A stretch of DNA of 28,391 bases from a virus (lineage: Duplodnaviria; Caudoviricetes), in the IMG/VR virus record IMGVR_UViG_3300025018_000089, positions 1-28,391 of that record; one strand, written 5' to 3'. The notes beneath the pieces were generated by a model that was not told the DNA's origin, ran no database searches, and saw only the letters and a list, made by a program, of their open reading frames with translations. Below, piece after piece: positions 1 through 8,317 of the stretch. A program made the position numbers and the translations under genes. Numbering within the stretch: the first letter of the stretch is position 1; the number at the start of each line of letters is the position of its first letter.

Positions 1-127
1 CAGCAAAGTTCGATGTGCTTTGACCCTCGATGCTGCGTTTGTTGTACAGCTTGACGCACAGTCTCTCAGCAAAGTCACTGAGGTCAGCAGGCAGTGTGTG
101 CAGTGCATCATCAGTGAAGTTGTCAAA
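1..127. repeat. Terminal direct repeat (left copy), circular-assembly overlap
   Basis: Bases 1-127 are identical to 28265-28391; an ORF reads continuously across the junction. Confidence 0.97.
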
Positions 128-538
128 GTCGATTTTGTACCCGCCCGTGTATGTCACTCGCAGGTTTCGATGCCCACGAGGTAAAAACCCACCGACCATT
201 TGAATGCCGTTGAGTAATTCGTCGAGATAGTAGCTGTTTGCGTCCACAGCAGCCCATGAGGGGCTTGTGAGTGACCCTTGATTGCTCTCAAACGTGGTGA
301 GAGCTGTCACAGGTGCATTCGGCAGCAAAAGAAAGTCAACAGGGTGACTTTGATTCAACCCGCTGAATATCTCGTTTGTGTATGTCGTCTCTTTGAATCG
401 TCGACCGAGGTGCTTTTCGATGAGGTCAGTCACTGCGTAAGTCATACCCACGATGATGTCATCAACGTCAGCATTCGTGATTCCGAGCCGAGCTTTCACA
501 CGTTCTTTTGTTGTGAGTGCATAGTTTTTTGTAGACAT
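1..538 (-). CDS. Head-tail connector/adaptor (gp6/gp15-like), 5' part; continues across the circular junction to the stop at 28176 (208 aa total)
   Basis: Manually translated: MSTKNYALTTKERVKARLGIT...DLIEKHLGRRF...LLLPNAPV...LRVTYTGGY...LPADL...LIAPYKR; typical connector motifs and position downstream of the capsid gene. Absent from the ORF track because it crosses the edge. Confidence 0.85.
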   Translation of the reverse strand, partial: MSTKNYALTTKERVKARLGITNADVDDIIVGMTYAVTDLIEKHLGRRFKETTYTNEIFSGLNQSHPVDFLLLPNAPVTALTTFESNQGSLTSPSWAAVDANSYYLDELLNGIQMVGGFLPRGHRNLRVTYTGGYKIDFDNFTDDALHTLPADLSDFAERLCVKLYNKRSIEGQSTSNFA

Positions 539-566
539 ATTTCGTGGGTATAGTTATGCAACGAGA

Positions 567-974
567 TTATTCGCTGTCAGTTGATTCGTCCTCATCAGTT
601 GCAGCAGCAAGTCGAATTCGCTCGATGAGAGCAGCCTTTGAACCTGATGTCGGCAATTCCATTTCAGCAGCCTTTGCTTTGAGGTCAGCAGCTGACATTT
701 CATCAAGACCGTCTGAATCATCGTCAGATGAGTCATCGTCGTTTGAATCGTCGTCAGTTCCTGTTGATGCAGCTGCATCACCTGAAAGTGTTGATGTCGC
801 CTCGAGGTCAGCGTTTGTTGAGCCGAGATACTTTTCATCGCTCACCTTTGCGTCAGTTGCCTCAAGAAAACGTGCGAACCGCTTTGCCTCAGCCTTTGAC
901 AAGGCAATGACCGCACCTTTCGGTACTCGACCGTATGATGATGCAATCGCAGCAAGTGTTTTGTAGTTTTTCAT
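567..974 (-). CDS. Small protein with acidic linker and C-terminal SAP/HeH-like domain (135 aa)
   Basis: C-terminus LDEMSAADLKAKAAEMELPTSGSKAALIERI fits the SAP pattern; start reassigned to ATG 974 (MKNYK) after an A/C-rich leader. Confidence 0.7.
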   Translation of the reverse strand: MKNYKTLAAIASSYGRVPKGAVIALSKAEAKRFARFLEATDAKVSDEKYLGSTNADLEATSTLSGDAAASTGTDDDSNDDDSSDDDSDGLDEMSAADLKAKAAEMELPTSGSKAALIERIRLAAATDEDESTDSE

Positions 975-1012
975 GATTGATGTGTTTTTTTTGATTGATA
1001 ATGCCTCGAGAC

Positions 1013-1064
1013 TCACGCCCTCAGTCACAGTCACCATGTTTGATGCTCATGACCGAGAGCGTGA
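1013..1064 (-). promoter_or_regulatory. 15-bp RNA hairpin downstream of the major capsid gene
   Basis: Minus-strand arms UCACGCUCUCGGUCA / UGACUGAGGGCGUGA pair fully with two G-U wobbles (mismatches on the plus strand); no U-tract. Confidence 0.6.
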
Positions 1065-1084
1065 TGCTCTCAGTAACGGGTTGA

Positions 1085-2254
1085 CTATAAAGTCGCCCCA
1101 GTTGATACCACCACCGCAGCAGCAGGCAAGCCCACTGTGATTGCGTGACGGTGAGTGACTCGAAACGCAGTTTGATTTGCAGCAAACACGTTCTTGCCCC
1201 CGACAGTCGCAGAATCAGATTTTGCGAATGATAGTCGTTCTCGGTCACCAAAGAATACCGCCTTGTTCAGATTAGCGAACACGATGAATGATTCATTTGG
1301 TGATGTTCCCGCATCGTATGCAGGGAAGTGAGCAGACAAGTACACAGGGTACTCAGCAAGCACACCTGACGGCTTGATTCCGTCCACCTGATAAGCAGCA
1401 GCGAAAGCGTTGCTGTTTTGCCCTAGCAGTTTTTGACCTGCTGTGTCCTCAAGAGTCTTGAGGTGAGCCCACATTGTAGGGTGCATGTACCATGCAGCAC
1501 CTTGATGCAGTGACGCAGGCAAGTTTGCAACCACCATTTCAGCATCGTCGATTGTGAAGTCGGCATGTGAATCAGCAGCTGTTGCCATTGCGTATTGTGT
1601 CACGTTTGCATCAGCAAGCAGACCTGTGAACGGTGACCCAGTCCCTGCGAATGCTTGTTTGTCGACCATGTTTGATAGACCCTCAGATGCAAGAGCAAGC
1701 AAGAAGTCACCGATGTCAGCTGACGCATCAGCAAGCAACGGATTTGATACACGAAAGATTGTGTACCATGTTTTTGCTGCAAGTGTTGCAGTCCCGAATG
1801 TCACATCAGTTTCAGTTCCCACAGTGTCATCGTTGGTGTAGTACGCACCCTCAAGGTCTGAGCCTGCGTATCGAGGCACGTTCATTTCGTCGGTGCTCAT
1901 TGGGAATTTCATCGCATCTCGTAGCACGTAGCCGTTTGATGCAGCGATTCGCATGATACCTCGGTGAACCTCGACAGGTACTGTGTACCCACCTGCTGAG
2001 TCAGTCGTTTCAAGCAATGCAGCTTTGTAGTTTGCACCACCGAATTGACCCTTTGCGATTGCAATCATGTCTGATGCAAAAGCTGTCTTTTGTTCCTCAT
2101 CGAGACCTGACTTGTCACGTCCGAAAAGTTCACGGTCGAGACGCATTTTGCGTACTGTCTCTTTCACGACCTGAGCAGTTTTTTCACCTGCGATTGTTGC
2201 AAGATTCTTTTCGATACTTGCATCAATAGCAGCTTTGATTTCGTCTGAATTCAT
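1085..2254 (-). CDS. Major capsid protein, HK97 fold
   Basis: 389 aa; AGGYTVPVEV, AWYMHPTMW...LKTLED..G, GVLAEYPVY, FIVFANL motifs; follows the prohead protease. Confidence 0.95.
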   Translation of the reverse strand: MNSDEIKAAIDASIEKNLATIAGEKTAQVVKETVRKMRLDRELFGRDKSGLDEEQKTAFASDMIAIAKGQFGGANYKAALLETTDSAGGYTVPVEVHRGIMRIAASNGYVLRDAMKFPMSTDEMNVPRYAGSDLEGAYYTNDDTVGTETDVTFGTATLAAKTWYTIFRVSNPLLADASADIGDFLLALASEGLSNMVDKQAFAGTGSPFTGLLADANVTQYAMATAADSHADFTIDDAEMVVANLPASLHQGAAWYMHPTMWAHLKTLEDTAGQKLLGQNSNAFAAAYQVDGIKPSGVLAEYPVYLSAHFPAYDAGTSPNESFIVFANLNKAVFFGDRERLSFAKSDSATVGGKNVFAANQTAFRVTHRHAITVGLPAAAVVVSTGATL

Positions 2255-2277
2255 AGCTTTGTAAAGTTATTGATAGT

Positions 2278-3297
2278 TTAGTAATGCTTTTTTGCGTCCA
2301 CCGCCATGTCAGCGAGCACCTCATTGATGAGTTTTGCAGCTTTCTGAGCTTTGCGACGGTTTCGCAGGAATTTGACAGCGTCATCAGTTTCATCATCAGT
2401 CGGCTCATCACTTGAGTCGTCTGAATCATCAGCTGAATCATTGTCGTCACCCCCCTCGCTGTCCGAACCTGCAACATCAGCGGTGTCGCTGTTCTTGCTA
2501 TTCTCTAAAGCTGAGAGACGTGAGTCGATGCCACCGATTGCACTGAGAATTTTCTCAACGTCAGTCGGCTCAGTGTCTGATTCCTCGTCATCACTTTCAC
2601 TGTCAATGTTCTCGTCGGCAGCTGCGTCATCAGCATTTTCAGCGTCATCAGCATTGTCGTCGTTTTCATTGTCCAGTATAGCATCGTCGTTCTCTTTGTC
2701 ATCGTCTTGATTCACAGCAACGTCGTCACCTGTCTTGAGGTCAGCTACTAGCAAGCCTTTTGCAGCGAGCTCAGCAATGTCGAGACCTGCCTCACGAATA
2801 GCGTGCACATGAGGGTTTGCGGGAATCGGCACAAAAGAGAATTCGAGCAATTCTGATTCAGTTATCATGTTGCCCTCTCGTTCTTTTTCGATGAACCCGA
2901 TTGAAGTTGCAGCGACACCCATGTCGTACAGTTCACGTTGACCTTGTGCCTGAGCGTGTGATGCGAAAACACCCTTTGCTCGAGTCACCATTTTGCCGTC
3001 TCGTTCCTCTTTGCTGATTTCAGTACATACACCGATAGGCAGCCCCCATGAGTTGTGTCCGAAAAGCACGACAGGGTTTTTCATGAATGACTCAGTGTTG
3101 AGACCTGATTGTCGTACAATCTCACCGTGACGGTCAATGTCATCAGTTGAGATGACAACGTCGAAAGTCCCGTTTGATTCAGCGAGCTTTTCAAGACCAC
3201 TCACAGCATCGGTTGCACTTTTGCCAGTGATTGCCTTGAGCAATTCAGCTGCCATTTCATCAGTATATTTGATGTGATTTTGTTTTGTCTTTTCCAT
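2278..3297 (-). CDS. HK97-type prohead protease with long acidic C-terminal extension
   Basis: IDRHGEIV, NPVVLFGHN...PIG, SIGF, LLEFSFVPIPAN motifs; D/E-rich region over about the last 140 aa. Confidence 0.92.
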   Translation of the reverse strand: MEKTKQNHIKYTDEMAAELLKAITGKSATDAVSGLEKLAESNGTFDVVISTDDIDRHGEIVRQSGLNTESFMKNPVVLFGHNSWGLPIGVCTEISKEERDGKMVTRAKGVFASHAQAQGQRELYDMGVAATSIGFIEKEREGNMITESELLEFSFVPIPANPHVHAIREAGLDIAELAAKGLLVADLKTGDDVAVNQDDDKENDDAILDNENDDNADDAENADDAAADENIDSESDDEESDTEPTDVEKILSAIGGIDSRLSALENSKNSDTADVAGSDSEGGDDNDSADDSDDSSDEPTDDETDDAVKFLRNRRKAQKAAKLINEVLADMAVDAKKHY

Positions 3298-3357
3298 AGT
3301 TTATGAATTAGTTTTTGAATAATGTTGTGAGTGGTGTGTGGGTAGTAAGTAGGCTTT

Positions 3358-3630
3358 TTATTTACTGTCAGCCTTGAGCAGTTCGATGAGTTGTTCACTC
3401 GTCATATCGGGTTTTGTTGTGCCCCCGATTTTTCGAGCAACACTGTCAACCGTTCCGATACCTGCGACCGTGATGAGGTAGATTTTCACTATCTCAAGCA
3501 TGTCGGTCAGACCTGCCCCGCCAGTTTGAGCCTCGAGTATTGCGACAATCGCTGTGAGTGTCACAACCCAGAATCGAACCGAGCTGAAAAGGTCTTTGAT
3601 TTTTGCTGTGAATGTGTTTGACGTATTCAT
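3358..3630 (-). CDS. Holin-like membrane protein (90 aa)
   Basis: Two hydrophobic segments, SVRFW motif, charged C-terminus; directly downstream of the endolysin. Confidence 0.65.
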   Translation of the reverse strand: MNTSNTFTAKIKDLFSSVRFWVVTLTAIVAILEAQTGGAGLTDMLEIVKIYLITVAGIGTVDSVARKIGGTTKPDMTSEQLIELLKADSK

Positions 3631-3637
3631 GATTTTT

Positions 3638-3646
3638 ATTATATCA
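3638..3646 (-). promoter_or_regulatory. Extended -10 promoter TGATATAAT, probably leaderless
   Basis: TGn-TATAAT lies 7 nt before ATG 3630; could drive holin-protease-capsid. Confidence 0.6.
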
Positions 3647-3654
3647 GTTATTTT

Positions 3655-4947
3655 TTATAAAGTGTTTGTTTTTATCCTATGCTTGAGCTCATCAATCATG
3701 TCGATTGTCGAGATGCCCGCCAGTGGTCGAGCAGGCTCAACGACAGCAGGTGTCATCAAGTCTCGAGCCCATGTGTCACTCAATCGGTTGCCATAGCATG
3801 ACTTGCCTGAGTAGTGACGATGCGGGTGAATCTCATTGACTGCGATGTTGTATCGCTGCATCACTTGCTCAAGTAGGTGAGCGAGTGACTTTTCTTGAGC
3901 TGCTGTCGGTAGTGTTGCATCAAAGTTTCCTGAGAGACAGATGCCGATTGATGATTTGTTCTGACCGATAGTGTGAGCACCCTCTTGATTCTCAGCTCGA
4001 CCCGCCACAATCTTGCCGTCTTTTTCAATCACCCAGTGATACCCGATGTCAGACCACCCGAGCCCGTTCACATGCCAGTCTTTGATGATTGCAGCAGTGT
4101 GATGTGAAGTGTCGAGCAGTGGGTCTTTGTCAGTGCCCCCAGTGTGGTGCACGATAATTCGAGCAGGCACGTTTGTTGCAGCAACAGGCGGTGTCACGAC
4201 AGGCGGTTGAGGTGCAATGTTCTTTTCGTATTGAGCGATGATTGCCTGTGAACGATTGAATGTTGTGAACACGTCCCACCCGTCATGCTCAGTGATTGAT
4301 GCGAGTGTTCGCATATAGTTGCCGTCTTTTGCGAACGGTGTGCTGTTTTTGTAGTATTCCACGACCTTGCCGTCGATGATTGTGCTGTCCATGTGGTCAA
4401 CAACCTCGCTCAGACCGTTTCGATGACACCTTTTGACCATTGCGTGCACTAGCTCGTGAATCGTCGATGTCTGAGCCTTTTTGAGCCCCTCAGCAGGTCT
4501 GTTGTTCACCTCGAGCTCAGTATATTCAGTGTCGAGATAGAATTCATTGAAAAATGACCATGAGGTCACCTCACCGATTCCCTTTTGCCTGCCTCGAGAG
4601 TCATATATCGAATTCCACAGGTCAGCTTTTTCAGCATCATACGCAAAGAGCACCATGTGATATTGCCCGAGGTCATACAGGCTCTTGAGTGGTATTGCTT
4701 GACGTGCAATTTGTTTGCCGTTCTCAGTACCGAATGCAGGTGTACCGTCTGAGTAGTTTTTGAACACCTTGAGTCGTACTTGCTCGTTTGTCACTGAATT
4801 GATTGCAGTGATTTCGAGGTCAGTGTCAGCAACATTCTCGATGTTTTTGTCCCACATCTTTTGTACATATTCCTCGATTTCCTTTCGCCAGTCGTCACGC
4901 ACCTGATGCCACACGATTGCCAGTTTGAATGTTTTTTTGTTTGCCAT
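3655..4947 (-). CDS. Endolysin: N-terminal HExxH domain plus C-terminal Amidase_2 (T7-lysozyme/PGRP-like) N-acetylmuramoyl-L-alanine amidase
   Basis: Amidase motifs RIIVHHT, IGYHWVI, GAHTIGQN.SSIGICLSGNFD, HPHRHYSGKSC; Pro-rich linker; TIHELVH upstream. Start reassigned to ATG 4947 (430 aa). Confidence 0.88.
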   Translation of the reverse strand: MANKKTFKLAIVWHQVRDDWRKEIEEYVQKMWDKNIENVADTDLEITAINSVTNEQVRLKVFKNYSDGTPAFGTENGKQIARQAIPLKSLYDLGQYHMVLFAYDAEKADLWNSIYDSRGRQKGIGEVTSWSFFNEFYLDTEYTELEVNNRPAEGLKKAQTSTIHELVHAMVKRCHRNGLSEVVDHMDSTIIDGKVVEYYKNSTPFAKDGNYMRTLASITEHDGWDVFTTFNRSQAIIAQYEKNIAPQPPVVTPPVAATNVPARIIVHHTGGTDKDPLLDTSHHTAAIIKDWHVNGLGWSDIGYHWVIEKDGKIVAGRAENQEGAHTIGQNKSSIGICLSGNFDATLPTAAQEKSLAHLLEQVMQRYNIAVNEIHPHRHYSGKSCYGNRLSDTWARDLMTPAVVEPARPLAGISTIDMIDELKHRIKTNTL

Positions 4948-4954
4948 AATAAAT

Positions 4955-5110
4955 TTATTGATTAGTGTGTTGATAATTCCGACAGCTCTCAAGCGTCGAC
5001 AGCGTCCCGAGACACTCGCTCACTGATTCATCGGTGTGAATCGGTGCAATCAGAAAACCGATTGCTGCGAGTAGTATCAAAAGGATTGTGAGAGCTGTGA
5101 TGTCGGTCAT
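4955..5110 (-). CDS. Small single-TM protein (51 aa)
   Basis: MTDITALTILLILLAAIGFLIAPIHTDESVSECLGTLSTLESCRNYQHTNQ; ATGA overlap with the upstream stop; fills the gap exactly. Confidence 0.65.
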   Translation of the reverse strand: MTDITALTILLILLAAIGFLIAPIHTDESVSECLGTLSTLESCRNYQHTNQ

Positions 5111-5535
5111 ATTTGTTTGAGTTTCACTTGCAACGGTTGCTCAAGCTCGAGCTGTATTGTTTGACTCTCAAGTGACGGCAGCAGCTCGAGCTGTATTGTT
5201 TGACTCTCAAGTGACGGCAGCAGCTCGAATGAGTTTGAGTCTTTTGTCACAATCTCAGTTCGATTCTTTGTCACGTCGAATTCAAAAACCCATGTCCAGT
5301 AATATCGCTCACCGACGACAAGCGAGTCGAGCACATCTTGAGGTATTCGAGGCTCACGAGTGTGTTCACCTGTGACGGGGTTGCCCACCTCAACCCCTTG
5401 CACATCAACGAAGTATTCGACAGGTGTGAATTTTTCAACCAACGTGGTGAAAAAGAAAGGCACGAGCATGAACAGTGAGGCAAAGATTGCCATGTTGATG
5501 AGTCGATGTCGTTTTGATAGTTTCATTTTTTTCAT
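5107..5535 (-). CDS. Membrane-anchored hypothetical protein in the lysis cassette
   Basis: Basic N-terminus followed by one TM segment; contains a 13-aa tandem duplication. Confidence 0.7.
   Translation of the reverse strand: MKKMKLSKRHRLINMAIFASLFMLVPFFFTTLVEKFTPVEYFVDVQGVEVGNPVTGEHTREPRIPQDVLDSLVVGERYYWTWVFEFDVTKNRTEIVTKDSNSFELLPSLESQTIQLELLPSLESQTIQLELEQPLQVKLKQI
5144..5228. repeat. Perfect 39-bp tandem duplication (2 units plus 7 bp)
   Basis: agctcgagctgtattgtttgactctcaagtgacggcagc at 5144-5182 and 5183-5221; encodes ELLPSLESQTIQL twice. Confidence 0.95.
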
Positions 5536-5539
5536 GGTT

Positions 5540-5824
5540 TTATTTTCGCAATCCTTTTATAAAGTCAGCAGGGTTTTTGTCATAAAAGAACCCGACAATC
5601 GCCCCGAATATACCGTGAATTGCAAACGGTGTCTGATAGTCAGCTGACCCGATGTCATACAGCACTGAGAGTACCCATACAATCAAAACAACAAACGAGA
5701 TGATTGTTCGTTCGCTGCCCTCGAATTTTTCATGCCTGATGACGTGTCTGAATCCATAGCCGAGAACGAACCCGACGATGAGACCCGCAACGAATATCAA
5801 GATTTGTGTGGTGAATGCGTCCAT
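5540..5824 (-). CDS. Three-TM membrane protein, holin-like (94 aa)
   Basis: Three hydrophobic helices and a basic C-terminus; lysis-cassette context. Confidence 0.65.
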   Translation of the reverse strand: MDAFTTQILIFVAGLIVGFVLGYGFRHVIRHEKFEGSERTIISFVVLIVWVLSVLYDIGSADYQTPFAIHGIFGAIVGFFYDKNPADFIKGLRK

Positions 5825-5827
5825 GAT

Positions 5828-6100
5828 TTATTTTGTTTTTACTATCTCAATGAGCGTATGCAGTGATGACTCAATACCTTTGAGGTGATAGTGAGTTTTG
5901 CGAGCGATTGCACTCTCATTCTCTCGAGTTTGTGTACTTTGCTCGATGAATGAGTCATGCAATTTTTCGCTGACCTTGTTGCCTTGTAATGCAGCGAGGC
6001 GTGCGACCACAGCTGACTTGATGACAGCTGCAACCTCGGGGCTCAGTCTTTTGTTTTTCACAATCAGACTGATGTTTTTTTGTAGCTCGTTATTTTTCAT
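5828..6100 (-). CDS. Hypothetical protein (90 aa)
   Basis: Start reassigned to ATG 6100 (MKNNELQ), overlapping the portal stop; helical sequence. Confidence 0.6.
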   Translation of the reverse strand: MKNNELQKNISLIVKNKRLSPEVAAVIKSAVVARLAALQGNKVSEKLHDSFIEQSTQTRENESAIARKTHYHLKGIESSLHTLIEIVKTK

Positions 6101-8285
6101 AATCGTTTTGCTCAAGTACACTGAGCATTTCAGTGAGGAATTTTTCCTCACCGTCAAGCTCTTTTTCACTGACCTCGGTCTGAGCCTTGCCGTAGTCAAT
6201 CTCACCTGCCACCACTGTGCAGCGACAACGTGGGTGCAGCGGTGCCCACGGCATATCGAGGAATGCTGAGGCACTCGGTGAGCCCCCTGCAATGTGGTCA
6301 CCCTCTTTGTAGAAAGTTGCCTCGACACTCACCTCTTTTGCGTGAAGTGGTGCACACATCGGGCACACCCGCTCGTCTTGAGCTGTGTACCACTTTTTTG
6401 TCTTGACCACACCTGATTGCACGAATGCGTCATTTGTCGCCTGATTCGAGATGTCGAATGTGGTTGTTTTTGCCATGAGTTCGGCTCGCACTTTGTCAGT
6501 GTAGTCGTACACCTCATTGATTCGCTTTTCGATTTCCTTGACGTTCTCACCTGCTGCGATTCCCTCTTTGATTGTGTCATTGAGAGCTGCGATTGTGGTC
6601 TCGGTGTAGCTGCCTGATGCAGCACCGACGTACTTGTCGAATCGTTCTTGAGTTGCATCAGCGTTCACATCGAATTTCACCATAGGATTGACCGACATGA
6701 TTGCAGCATCACCCTCACGTTGCAGCAAGTCAGTCAGTGCAGGTGACATGAGTTCGATTGTGAGAGCCATTTCGTCGCTCTTGTTGAGTACATTGAGAGC
6801 TTTCTTTGTTTCGATACCTTTGCCCTCTTTGATGTTCTCACGAGCCCATTTTCGAGCCCTGCGAGCCTGTTGAGCATTGAAGTCAATCAAGTCAGCAGTG
6901 AGTTGTTCAGCGATAGGCTCAGCCCGATTCACTTTCTTTGTCCACGACTTGTGATATTCCTTGTCCTCATCGTCAGTGAATGCTTTTTGAGAGATGACAG
7001 CAACGTCTTTGACGAGTGCTGCGATGTCATCAGCGGTTGAGTTCTTTGTTGCTACTGATGAGCGAGTGATTCGCTTTTTCTTGTTGATTGCCTTTGAGGG
7101 TGTACCGAATGGGGCAAACGTCTGAGGTTGAGGAATGATGTCACCACCGTCAACAGGTGAGAGACCGTCACGCTCTCGAGCCTCGTTCAATGTCATGTAT
7201 GCCTGATTTGCGACACCTGCCTTGATTGATTCAAGCTCATGAGTCTTGTCAGCGGGCACGATTGAATCAAAGTCGATGTACAGCAAGCCTGTCGGGTCGA
7301 GGTCTTTGATGACTGTGTTGTTCAACCACTCAACGAATCGTCTCATTTTAGGCTCGAGTGTGAAAAATGCGAATGAGTAGTTTTTCGCCTCAGCATCAGC
7401 TCGTGACATTCCACTCTCAGTGATACCGAGGATTGATTTCGGCACACCGAATGCAGCAAGAATCTTGTCACGATACCGATTGTCAAGCTCACTGAATTGC
7501 ATGTCACGCATACTCTGACCACCCTTGTTGAGCTTTGTGCCGTTCGGCAAGATTGCAGCATTGTGAGCATTGCTCATGCCTCGATGTTTCATTTCCCACC
7601 CTTTGCGAATGAGCTCGATTTCCTCTCGAGTTGTTGCTTGAGTCTCAAGTACGTCACCCACCTCACCACCATTCTCAAAGAAGTTTCGATTGAATTCAGT
7701 TGCGAATTTTTCAACATCAATCCAGTCAGCAATCTTTGCAGCAGTTCCGACACCGACAAACGGGTTGTCGAGATTCGGGTATCGGTAGTGATAAATTTCC
7801 TCAGCAGGCACGTTGATTTTGCCCCCTGTGTTGGTTTTGATTTCATAGCCTGATACAGAAAGCCCGTCAGCAGCGATTTTCACTGTGACGTTTTGAGGCG
7901 GTACGGGAATGAGTTGCTTGTCGACCTTTCGCCAGTAAGCGTTGCCGACTAGCTCTGAGTGACCGTGTGTGTGGTACATGAGCTCACGACCGTCAAGAAA
8001 AGAGTTCGGCTCAGACAGCAAGTCGAGAATCGGGTGTGAGAATAGTTGCTCATCAGCTTTGTCGTCAGCTGTTTGTCGCATGAGCTTGAGCTCGATACCT
8101 GACAGTGATGATGAGATTGTGTCAACACAAACGAAAACCCAGTTTTTGTTTGCGTTCATGAGAGTGGCAGTGTTTGAATCAGCCCGACCGAGACTGAAAG
8201 GTGTCCACGTTTGGTTGTTGAAAATATCACCCGCTGATTTCACGGTCGTTGAGACAGCTGATTTGATTTTTGAAAATAATGACAT
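6090..8285 (-). CDS. Portal protein (HK97 family) fused to a MuF/SPP1 gp7-like minor head domain
   Basis: Portal motifs WVFVCVDTI, HPILDLLSEPN, GNAYW, ILAAFGVP, MTLNEARE..GL; C-terminal KKWYTAQDERVCPMC...APLHPRCRC is the MuF signature; one 731-aa frame. Confidence 0.92.
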   Translation of the reverse strand: MSLFSKIKSAVSTTVKSAGDIFNNQTWTPFSLGRADSNTATLMNANKNWVFVCVDTISSSLSGIELKLMRQTADDKADEQLFSHPILDLLSEPNSFLDGRELMYHTHGHSELVGNAYWRKVDKQLIPVPPQNVTVKIAADGLSVSGYEIKTNTGGKINVPAEEIYHYRYPNLDNPFVGVGTAAKIADWIDVEKFATEFNRNFFENGGEVGDVLETQATTREEIELIRKGWEMKHRGMSNAHNAAILPNGTKLNKGGQSMRDMQFSELDNRYRDKILAAFGVPKSILGITESGMSRADAEAKNYSFAFFTLEPKMRRFVEWLNNTVIKDLDPTGLLYIDFDSIVPADKTHELESIKAGVANQAYMTLNEARERDGLSPVDGGDIIPQPQTFAPFGTPSKAINKKKRITRSSVATKNSTADDIAALVKDVAVISQKAFTDDEDKEYHKSWTKKVNRAEPIAEQLTADLIDFNAQQARRARKWARENIKEGKGIETKKALNVLNKSDEMALTIELMSPALTDLLQREGDAAIMSVNPMVKFDVNADATQERFDKYVGAASGSYTETTIAALNDTIKEGIAAGENVKEIEKRINEVYDYTDKVRAELMAKTTTFDISNQATNDAFVQSGVVKTKKWYTAQDERVCPMCAPLHAKEVSVEATFYKEGDHIAGGSPSASAFLDMPWAPLHPRCRCTVVAGEIDYGKAQTEVSEKELDGEEKFLTEMLSVLEQNDYEK

Positions 8286-8305
8286 ATTGTTTTTTTGCTA
8301 AAATT

Positions 8306-8317
8306 ATTATAACAGAC
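8306..8317 (-). promoter_or_regulatory. Promoter motif GTCTGTTATAAT (extended -10) upstream of portal
   Basis: The same 12-mer (one variable base) recurs at 10247-10258 and 27374-27385. Confidence 0.65.

Noticed and set aside
1-127. Biological direct terminal repeat
   Set aside because: 127 bp equals a common assembler k-mer and falls mid-gene; best explained as circular-assembly overlap.
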